DNA of 64,000 nucleotides from an uncultured Acidobacteriota bacterium (GTDB lineage Bacteria; Acidobacteriota; UBA6911; RPQK01; JAPXNP01): NCBI GenBank assembly GCA_963777605.1, contig CAVZRV010000035.1, positions 32,001-96,000 of the forward strand, in the 5' to 3' direction. Position 1 is the first letter of the stretch. Each line of letters opens with the position of its first letter. Position numbers and translations under genes: made by a program. Below, one piece after another: positions 50,063 to 58,356 of this stretch. The notes beneath the pieces were generated by a model that was not told the origin of the DNA, did not search any database, and saw only the letters and a program-made list of their open reading frames with translations.

Positions 50063-52535
50063 GGGTTGCTCCTTTGGGAAGGGCGGCGAGTGCCGCGAGC
50101 CAGTTCTTCGAGGCCCGGCCCGAAGCCCAACTGTTCGAAGATCTTGCTTCGGCGATGGTCGTCGTAGGGATCGCTCGTATAGAGCCAGTAGCCCTTCTCT
50201 TCGATATTGAGATTGACGACTTTCGAGAGATCCGGGCGTTTGATCAGGATCTGGCGCTTGGGGATCAGCTGCGCAATCCGATCCGCCTCGGTTTCGTTCA
50301 GGTGGAAGATGCGCCGGTAGGTCTCGCGATCCATGCCGGGATTGGCCAGAAACAGGGTGGTCGCGCAGCTTTCGAGCACGATCTGTAACATCTCGTTCTG
50401 ATCCAGATCGGCACTCGACTGAGTCGACAGGATCATGGCCGCATTGCGCTTGCGCCAGGTCTTCAACGCCTCGGTGATGTAAAGGCGAATCGTGGGATCG
50501 CGCATGAATCGCCACGCTTCATCCATCACGAAGACCTTGAACGTGGTGGCCAGGCTCGGATCCTGAATCGAAGCCGAAGCCCGGTGGAGGATATAGAAGA
50601 CGAGCGGCTCCAGGACCTGCGGATAGCGGTCCATACCCTCGAAATCGAAGCACTGAAAGCGCGAGAAGGACAGGTTGTCCTGGACGTTATCGAACAGCGC
50701 CGCATAGGGCCCGCCCCGGACCCAGCGATAGAGATGCTGGCGCAGGTCGCGTCGGAGGATATTGGAGAGGGTGAAGAGCCGTCGCTGTTCCGGTTCGACC
50801 TCGTAGAGGTTTTCGATCTGCTCGAAGAGGTCCCGCTCGTCGTTTTCGTCTAAGCGGTAGCCGCCCGACTGGATCAGCACCTTGATGAAGGAGAACAGGA
50901 ACTGAAAGTTCTCCTTCGTCGGCGGCAGGCTGAACGGGTTGATGACAAACGACTGCCGTTCGAGTCCGACCGGCAGGTAGCTCCCCGAAAAAAGATGCGC
51001 CAGGTGGCGATAGCTTCCGCCCAGATCGAAGATGAACGTGTGAGGGTCATATTTCTGGAGGTGGGTGATCAGGAAGTTCAAGAGGAACGATTTGCCGGTT
51101 CCCGTCGCCCCGAGGACGAGCGTGTGAGCGACGTCCCGATAGTGGAGATTGAGGAAATAGGGCTGGTTGTGTTCGGTCTCGAGGACGGCGAGGTGCTCGG
51201 CACCGAGATGTGCGTTCCACATCTCTCCGGTCTCGAGCGTAAACAGGAACGACAGGTCGGCGTAGTTCGTGTTGAGCAGGTAGAGATGGCGAAGGTTATG
51301 GAGGGTGTTTCCGGGGATCGTCGCCAGAAACGCGTTCAGCAGGTTGTAGCGCTCCTCGATCGAGGACCGCATCGAAGGCCGAAAAGACCTTGAAGAACTC
51401 GGCGGCATCCTTCTCCAACTGGACCCGGTCCGCGTCCGTGAAGTACGACCGTCAAGGAGAAGCGGCCGAAATAACGGCCTTCGATCTCCATCTCGCTCAG
51501 GCAGTGTCCGAGATCGACGACCAGGCCGACTGCGGCATCGTCGGTCAGCATCTCGCCGGGCGCCGGCGGCGCTCCGTTCTGATTCTGCTGGAAGAGGTAG
51601 CTTGCGAGGCTGTGCTTGGCATTGTGAAAGTGCCGGCGCTTACGCCGGATCAGCCGCCGCATCCGGGAACTGTCTTCCCGTTTGAATTCGCTCGTGAGAA
51701 TGAAGTTGGTGGGGATTTCCAGAAGCCCCCGCAGAAGATGCGTGATGGTGTGTGACGGCGGATCCTTGAGCGTCAGGACCTTCACGTACCGATCGCCCAG
51801 ACGCAGGTGGTCGCGGTGACATTCGAGCGGTTCGTCCGAGACGAAGTAGTCGAGAAAGAGATCGTGTTTCAGTGAGACCGCATCCGCCTTGTCGGGCGTC
51901 AGGTTGACCAGATGCCGGAAGAACCGGAAACACTCGTCCTTGGGAAGAAGCGTGAAGTCGGCGACTTCGCGCAACTGAATCAGAAAGCTGTTCACGCGGT
52001 TCGTGAGCACTTCGCGATGCCGATCCAGTTCCGCCTCGAGAAGACCGACCTGCTGCTCTCCCGAAAGCATCTCCATAAATCCAAGCTTCGGATTGGAGAG
52101 GAGGCGCGAGAGCCGCTCCAGCCGGCTTCGACGATGTCGCCACCCTTCGTAGAGGACCGTGAAGTAGATTTCGAAGGAGTAGAGTTCGTTCGCCTTCGAC
52201 TCCAGGTAGTCGACTCGTCCCTTGATGGCTTCATCGACGACCGGGTTTTCGAAGGTCTGCCTCGGAATCGGGGCGTGGCTTCGCTTGAGAAGGTGCTGGT
52301 AGATGCGGAACTTCTCGTCGAGGATCTTCAGGGAAGCCTCGAAACGGCGGGCGATCCGGTCGAGCTGGTCCGGATCGAGGCACTCGTAGTCGACTCCCCG
52401 AACCCGGATCACCACACCGAGATCCCCGCTTTTGGTCAGGAAGGTGTGCGGATCGACGAACCCGTAGAGGTTGATCAGCTCACTCAGGGCGCCGGTCTGT
52501 CGGTAGTCCTTAAGAATTCGGCTGAGCTTGACCAC
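50059..52535 (-). pseudogene. virB4: VirB4/TrbE ATPase, frameshifts ~51441 and ~51362
   Basis: FLTKSGDLG..GVDYE, GATGTGKS, FVMDEAWRF, KTWRKRN, STQS; GTG start with AGGAG. Confidence 0.92.
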
Positions 52536-52826
52536 GAGGTCTCCTTTCGAGTTCGAAGCGGGGCAGCTTCGCCGGATCGTATTGAGCCCGAAACCGTGAA
52601 GATTCAGCAGGATGCGAAGCATCTGCGGATCGCTTGCCGTCATCCAGCGCGCCACCGCGTAGAGGACCGCGAACATGAGCAATCCGGTCACGAGGCTTCC
52701 GAAGAAATTGAACGCAGCCGCTCCCACGACCAGGGCGAGAAAGAACAGCCTTCGTTCGGCGCCGAGCACCGTCAAAGGCTTATTCACCGACTTGTAGACT
52801 GGATGGGTTGTAGACTGCTTCGACAA
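52510..52826 (-). pseudogene. virB3: VirB3, one frameshift ~52602
   Basis: VYKSVNKPLTVLGAERRLF...DPQML; native C-terminus RFRAQYDPAK lies in another frame. Confidence 0.85.
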
Positions 52827-52856
52827 CGGGCTTCCTCCCTTCTGCGTATCCCGGTT

Positions 52857-53183
52857 CTAGGGGAACAGCCAGGCCATGAAGTTGACGGCGCCGATCGCCA
52901 TTCCGATGCCGAAGAGGATCCCGGCAAAGACCCGTTTGCTCTGCCCCTCTCCGTAGGCGAACATCAGCCCGCCGACGACGATGGCGACCAGACTCAGGCC
53001 TCGAGCGATGGGTCCGGTAAAGGCAATCTGCAGGACGTTGACGGCGTTCTCCCAAGGGGAAGCCTGGGCCAGTACGGGAGTCGTGAAGATCAAGGACAGG
53101 GCCCAGAAGACCCAGGCCCGGCTGAGTCGCCTCGCCTTCGGCTCCCTTTGTAGAGACTGCGATTTGAACCTATCGTGTTGCAT
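52857..53183 (-). CDS. virB2: VirB2/TrbC pilin
   Basis: SPWENAVNVLQIAFTGPIARGLSLVAIVVGGLMFAYGE. Confidence 0.92.
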   Translation of the reverse strand: MQHDRFKSQSLQREPKARRLSRAWVFWALSLIFTTPVLAQASPWENAVNVLQIAFTGPIARGLSLVAIVVGGLMFAYGEGQSKRVFAGILFGIGMAIGAVNFMAWLFP

Positions 53184-54774
53184 CTTGGTTTCCTCCATTG
53201 AAGAGTTGGGGTTGTGGACTGGTATTGCTGAGTGATTCGCCGAGATCCCGGCAGTCTTCGAGTTCCAGAAACTCCTGCTCCGAGACCAGTTCAGGACACG
53301 TTCGGGCGATCTCGTCTTCGACGGCAGATCGGGCCAGGCGGGTCAACTCGTCCTCGCCTCGATCGCCCAGAAGTCGCCTGTAGGAGACTTTCCGGCTTTC
53401 GATGCGGGCCTCGAAATCGGCTTCGAGCCCCTCGTCCCGGATGTACTGCTGGATGCGGCAAGACTTAAAGGACTGAAAACGCGCGTGGCGTTCGGCGTCT
53501 CGTCTGCGATCCTCTTCGTCGCGGTCGTCCCAAAACAACGGCGCATGGCAGCCGAATGACGGCGGCACGGGCCGGTTTTCCTTGAGGAATGCGACGAGAA
53601 ATCCGACCGGGTTCTCAAGAGCCCCCTGGGCTGCGACCGAGTCGATGTACTCCAGTTGATCGAAGACGGGCTGGTTGGGATCTAAAGACCTTGCAAGGCT
53701 TCGCGCATCCCGTTTGGAGAGTCCACGCTTCGAGAGCTCGGCGACGAGGCCTTCAAAGGGCTGCCGTGATTCGTGCTCCGGTTCCTCTTCGGGCTTCCCG
53801 CTTGTCGGCGGGGCGGCTGATGGCCCGACCTCACCCTGGCTGCGATCCTCGTCCCTGCGAAACTTCGGGCCATGATGCAGGACGAGCTTGAATCCCTGTC
53901 CATCGCTGGTCTTGGCGATCTTCCAGTCGGCGAGATAGCCGTGCTCCGTCAGTTCGTCAAGCGAAGGCCCCAGCTTTTCCCGAATCTTCGAGGCGTAGCG
54001 ATACTCGGTCACGCTCAGAAGCCGAGCCAGCTCGTCATAGCGCTTCTCGAACGAGCCCTGGTTCTTCGTCGCGTAGAGCACGACCTGCAGCGGGAAGATC
54101 AGGGCTTTGGCGATCGGGTTCTTGAGCCGGTAGTAGGTCGGCCAGTCGATCGGCAGGGAGTGATTGCAGTTGAGGTTCCGCAGTTGCCAGTCGGAGAGGT
54201 AGACATAGTGTTTCTCGGCAATCGTTCCGTCTTCGAGTCGTTCTCCCCGCGAGGTGAAACGTTCGAAAACGTGAAATGCAGCGCTTCGCCATTCCTTGCG
54301 ATCGGCCAGAAAGACCGCCTGATCGGAGAGGATCAGGGTCCCCGTAATCCGCTCGAGCCATTCCCGGATGTCGCGGTAGTTCTTGCCGGCATCGGTCTGC
54401 CCCAGGAGTTTGAGGATCTCGGAACTCGAGAAGGTGATCGGGTTCGTGACTCGTCCCTTTCTGAACTTGATCCCCTGGATGATCCACATCAGGGCCAGGT
54501 ACTTGTCCTGATCGGCGGTTGTCGGCAGGCCATGAACGGCCGTCGGAATGATCGTGACCCGTTTCTCTTCGCGCTGACCGTTGACCAGCTTCGTGATCTT
54601 GACGGTCTTCTTCCGGGTGTTCCGGATCGTTCGAGACGAGGGCGTAAAGAACCCCAGTGAGGCCAGGTTCGCCTCCACGTTGACGAAATCGGGGATCTGG
54701 AGTTCCGCAGCATCGGCTCGCTCCGACTCCAGGATCTGCTGCAATTCGACGGCGGACAGGGCTTCGGGTTGCAT
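53170..54774 (-). CDS. repA: Plasmid replication initiator RepA (wHTH, RPA-like)
   Basis: GLPTTADQDKYLAL, FSSSEILKLL..GKNY, YYRLKNPIAKAL, LDELTEHGYL; adjacent iterons. Confidence 0.8.
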   Translation of the reverse strand: MQPEALSAVELQQILESERADAAELQIPDFVNVEANLASLGFFTPSSRTIRNTRKKTVKITKLVNGQREEKRVTIIPTAVHGLPTTADQDKYLALMWIIQGIKFRKGRVTNPITFSSSEILKLLGQTDAGKNYRDIREWLERITGTLILSDQAVFLADRKEWRSAAFHVFERFTSRGERLEDGTIAEKHYVYLSDWQLRNLNCNHSLPIDWPTYYRLKNPIAKALIFPLQVVLYATKNQGSFEKRYDELARLLSVTEYRYASKIREKLGPSLDELTEHGYLADWKIAKTSDGQGFKLVLHHGPKFRRDEDRSQGEVGPSAAPPTSGKPEEEPEHESRQPFEGLVAELSKRGLSKRDARSLARSLDPNQPVFDQLEYIDSVAAQGALENPVGFLVAFLKENRPVPPSFGCHAPLFWDDRDEEDRRRDAERHARFQSFKSCRIQQYIRDEGLEADFEARIESRKVSYRRLLGDRGEDELTRLARSAVEDEIARTCPELVSEQEFLELEDCRDLGESLSNTSPQPQLFNGGNQDATR

Positions 54775-54802
54775 TCAGACCTCTCCCCATCCGGTCGAAG
54801 TG

Positions 54803-54860
54803 AACAACAACAACTGTTTGTTGAAACAGTTTTGAAATTGTTTTGAAGATGTTTTGTATT
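54803..54860. other. AT-rich unwinding element of oriV
   Basis: aacaacaacaac and gttttg(aa) x3 between the iterons and repA. Confidence 0.65.
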
Positions 54861-54900
54861 CCGAAGAGGCAGTCAGGGTGCGGGTTTCCGGCCGGTTCTC

Positions 54901-55045
54901 TTCCCTTGAAGTACGGAGATTCTTCCCTTGAGGTACGGTATTCCTTCCCTCGAGGTACGGGAATCCTTCCCTCGAAGTACGGTTCTTCCCCCGGAGTACG
55001 GTCCGATTTCCCTCGAGGTACGGAGGGATTTCCCTTGAGGTACGG
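54901..55045. repeat. Seven iterons, consensus TTCCCTYGARGTACGG
   Basis: Starts 54901, 54923, 54945, 54967, 54986, 55008, 55030 (22-bp period, one 19-bp step). Confidence 0.92.
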
Positions 55046-55313
55046 CAAGCGTGGGATGAATGGGGTGAGGAGAGGAATCCGGAATGCTGAATGCCGAGAT
55101 CGCGAATGGCGATTGTCGGACGGAGAGGAGCCGCCCGGCGGCGTTCGACGGTCCGTAAAATGTGTCTGCGCAACCATGTGTCCTGTTTCTTTCCTGCGGT
55201 CCGTAACTGGAGCGCCGAATTCAACTTAGGACACAATCAGGAAAGACCCGGCTAGACTGGTTATTAGTGGTTAGTGACCCAAACGGACCACTTCGTAAAA
55301 GGTCGTCCCCGTT

Positions 55314-55358
55314 CTTCTAATCCGTAGGTCGCGCGTTCGAATCGCGCCGGGCGCGCCA
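55314..55358 (+). other. 3' half of tRNA-Arg(UCU): att core
   Basis: cttctaatccgtaggtcgcgcgttcgaatcgcgccgggcgcgcca; no 5' half; flanked by arm-like ggacacaatc (55229) and gattgtgcccg x2 (55427, 55439). Confidence 0.85.
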
Positions 55359-55472
55359 CCCCCAACCCGCGTCGGACGGGGCTTTCCGGCTATTTGGCTA
55401 TCTCACCAAACACCCTCGATAAGGGGGATTGTGCCCGTGATTGTGCCCGCGCCGATCCAACTCCAACTCACT

Positions 55473-55520
55473 TGCTCAGCGACAATGACATTTCCCTGGG
55501 AAATGTAGTTGACGTCGGGG
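55473..55520 (+). mobile_element. 48-bp ends-only derivative of the 18896-20909 element
   Basis: tgctcagcgacaatgacatttccct + gggaaatgtagttgacgtcgggg; TSD actcact at 55466-55472 and 55521-55527. Confidence 0.88.
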
Positions 55521-55660
55521 ACTCACTGGAACCAAGAGAGAGCGCTATTCTGATCTACCGCAAGAACGCCCAGATGTTTCTGAGGGTCAAAATGGCGTCG
55601 CCGGGAAACGAGACTGGCCGATGGAAATTCCAACAGAAAGATCTTGGCTACCTGCGCCCA

Positions 55661-57610
55661 CTACCTCAGCTTTTCAAAGGTCACACTTTGGACGACAAAA
55701 CTGCAAACCTTCGCGTCGTCACCTCGCTTGAACCGATAATCTCCCAGCCAAGGGCCGACAAACGCATCCTGCTCCTTTGGTGTCAGCACCAACTCCATAA
55801 AGGGATGCCTGAGTTTGAGTTTCTTGTTGTCGACGACAATTGGGTAAACCATTCCCAGTTCCTCACTGTAATAGAGCCCTGCATAGGAGCGGAGTTCTTG
55901 ATCGGAGGGTTCCCAAGCGGGTAAGCGCTGAAGTGTAGAATCCTCACCACCCCACCTAAACGTGACCAGCGGGGCCTTTCCTTCAATGGCACTCTCGAAT
56001 ACCACCTCGATATCGATGTCTTCGTTGACAAAAGTCGTATCAGAGACCGGCTGCAGAGGAAAGGAAGTCGGAAGGTTTGGATTCTCCACCTTTGCGCGCA
56101 TATGCGAGCCTTCTACCTCGAAGGTCAGGACCAGAGGCTGCTCAACTCCTCCTCCATACCGGCCGGCGTAACTTGCCAGCAAGGCTGAATCCACCTCTTT
56201 GGTCCTGGGATCTCCTGGCGTTTCAGGTGTCTCCTGTTCGGTCATAGGAGGGCCGATGAACTCCTCGACGAGACCATCAATAACGGCTGGAAAGATCCGC
56301 GTGTTGAACAGCAAGATCAGCCCCCCGTTAATCTCCGGATAGTAAGCTATCTCCGCGTTGATGCCGCCATCATAGCCACTATGGCTATAGCGAAGAAGTC
56401 CACGGCGCCTCTCGATTTCGAGGCCAAAGGAATACCGGCTTCCACCCCTTTCATCGGACGGAGTCGACTCGGTTAATCGCGAGATGAGTTCTTTCCCCCC
56501 GAGGCGGGCATCATGGAAGTTGTCCAGCCAGCATCTGAGATCGTCCACCGTGGAATAGATGCTGCTGGCTCCGTACAAGGCTTGAGTGTCGTACTTCTCA
56601 ACGAACTCGTTCCCCTGCCTGCGGTAGCCCTGAGCACTTCCCGGTATCACCTGCCCAGGAGTGATCTTGACCACTGTGTTGTCCATGCCAAGCGGATTGA
56701 AAACATTCGACTTCATCCAGTTCGAGAATGACGTGTGCGTGGCACGCTCGATGACTTCCGCAAGCAGGATGTAACCGGTGTTGCTGTATCGATACTCCAA
56801 ACCCGGAGCATTTTGGAGCTCTCGCTGTCGCTGTGCCGACTCAATGAGTTCCTTCCTCTGCCAGGCCCCTCGAACTCCCTTCATTGGAAACGTCCTAAAA
56901 ATGTCCCTGTATCCGCCGGTATGGTTCAAGAGGTGAAGAAGCGTGACCGGTGTCCCGTAGTCGCGAAGCTCCGGAATGTAACTCCGAACCTCGTCGTGGC
57001 AGGAAACTTTGCCCTGCTGTTCGAGCAGGGCAATGGCAAAGGCAGTAAACTGCTTGGAAATCGAGCCGATGTTTGCGGCGGTATGCGTCGTGAACGGGAT
57101 CTCGTGCGTCAGATTGGCAAGACCAACGGACCTGGAATATTCAACACCGCCATCAACAACGACGATTAACGCCCCGCCAGGCTCCTTCGCTCGGTAGTAC
57201 GCCTTCAACAGCTGGTCGGCTCGCTCTTGGGGAGTCGTTCCCAGTTGCTCGCGCGACATTATTTGCAGCGTATATCTACCGCCACTGCCTCGGGCGATCG
57301 ACACCCTGATCCGGTAGGCTCCTGCAACTGCAGACGAGAAGTGGAAGCGCTCCAAAAGGCCGTAGTTGTCGTAACGCCCTATCCGGTTCCCTGCGGGGCC
57401 GAAAATCGTGATGGCGGAATCGACTTCGTCCGAATTCAGTTCACCGTAGATGAACTGGTTGGCGGGCAACTCAAGACCGTAGACTTGTGGCGCTTCTGCG
57501 TCGATGCTCCCTTCAACCTGGCCTAGCCCGAGTCGTACGGGTTGCTCCTCCTGAATCGCGGTTGCACTGCCGAAAGACAGAAGGAAGAGGGTGGCGATTC
57601 GCACGATCAT
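55661..57610 (-). CDS. Secreted serine hydrolase (class C beta-lactamase-like) with N-terminal PPC-like domain
   Basis: Signal peptide, SISK, LLNHTGG, YSN, HSG. Confidence 0.9.
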   Translation of the reverse strand: MIVRIATLFLLSFGSATAIQEEQPVRLGLGQVEGSIDAEAPQVYGLELPANQFIYGELNSDEVDSAITIFGPAGNRIGRYDNYGLLERFHFSSAVAGAYRIRVSIARGSGGRYTLQIMSREQLGTTPQERADQLLKAYYRAKEPGGALIVVVDGGVEYSRSVGLANLTHEIPFTTHTAANIGSISKQFTAFAIALLEQQGKVSCHDEVRSYIPELRDYGTPVTLLHLLNHTGGYRDIFRTFPMKGVRGAWQRKELIESAQRQRELQNAPGLEYRYSNTGYILLAEVIERATHTSFSNWMKSNVFNPLGMDNTVVKITPGQVIPGSAQGYRRQGNEFVEKYDTQALYGASSIYSTVDDLRCWLDNFHDARLGGKELISRLTESTPSDERGGSRYSFGLEIERRRGLLRYSHSGYDGGINAEIAYYPEINGGLILLFNTRIFPAVIDGLVEEFIGPPMTEQETPETPGDPRTKEVDSALLASYAGRYGGGVEQPLVLTFEVEGSHMRAKVENPNLPTSFPLQPVSDTTFVNEDIDIEVVFESAIEGKAPLVTFRWGGEDSTLQRLPAWEPSDQELRSYAGLYYSEELGMVYPIVVDNKKLKLRHPFMELVLTPKEQDAFVGPWLGDYRFKRGDDAKVCSFVVQSVTFEKLR

Positions 57611-57890
57611 CTGAACCTCCCTCAAGGCCTTGTTAAGGGCCTCGTTGTTGGAGATTGAATTGTGAGCAGTAGTAGAAGCTCAGGGCACCACCGCCTGACT
57701 GATCGGATTTTCCGCGGAACGCAGCTCCGAAATCAGGAAGACCTTCCGTTTCGAGTACGGGCTGGGAATGATTCTCGACATTGGACCGGTTTGGATTGAG
57801 GTTGACCAACACGACCCGCCTCTCCGTGGCCTGACAGCGGTCCTTTCCAGAGTCTAACTCACCCCGGGAGACCCCACAAGCGCCCCCAAG

Positions 57891-58049
57891 GTTCTTCTAA
57901 TCCAAATGAGTCACGGCGGGCGCGCCACCTCAAACCCGCGTCGGACGGGGCTTTCCGGCAGGTTGGCTTTCTCTCCAAACACCCTCGAAAGGGGGGGGGT
58001 GCTCGAGATTGTGCCACCGGCAATCCAACTCCTACTCACTCAAACCAAG
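57891..58049 (+). repeat. Degenerate second copy of the tRNA-Arg att region (empty site for the 48-bp element)
   Basis: gttcttctaatcc...gggcgcgcca..aacccgcgtcggacggggctttccggc...atccaactcctactcact caaaccaaga matches 55311-55538 minus the insert. Confidence 0.85.
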
Positions 58050-58356
58050 ATGAAGATGAGTTTTCCCTCACGCGGACGAAGAAGTTTGCTCGTCGGAGAA
58101 TTATCAAGGCACAATTCGCCAAAGTCAGGTATGACATGAAGCGTCTCTTAAATCCGAGGCCTGACCGACTCAATCTCGCTGAAGACCCACAACTTGAACT
58201 ACTTATGGGTTTGAAAATTCCCGGGGTTGGACGTCTTCACCTGCAAACCGCTGGTCGGGTCAACCAGGATCACCGCTGACTACTGACCGGGAGCAATTAT
58301 CGAGATTCTGTGAGGTCAGGCTTCTCAATACCGGGAGGAAGCACACCTCTTCTGTT

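Larger units (their letters stand above)
38853..55045 (-). mobile_element. Integrated conjugative replicon (iteron ori, RepA, MPF-T T4SS, relaxase candidate, T4CP, primase)
   Basis: Contiguous co-oriented gene cluster listed below. Confidence 0.88.

Noticed and set aside
51336-52826. Natural VirB3-VirB4 fusion
   Set aside because: A 1-nt deletion explains it: the VirB3 C-terminus (YDPAK) is in another frame and VirB4 has its own RBS and GTG
39709-53153. Long plus-strand ORFs (e.g. 39709-40734, 43233-44432, 51912-53153)
   Set aside because: Antisense shadows of GC-rich minus-strand genes with no motifs
54901-55045. Regular repeats as a CRISPR array
   Set aside because: Spacers are only 3-6 bp, no cas genes, adjacent to repA: iterons
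33093-57610. Calling the three serine hydrolases antibiotic-resistance genes
   Set aside because: HGG/HSG in place of KTG and accessory domains indicate the broad peptidase/esterase family
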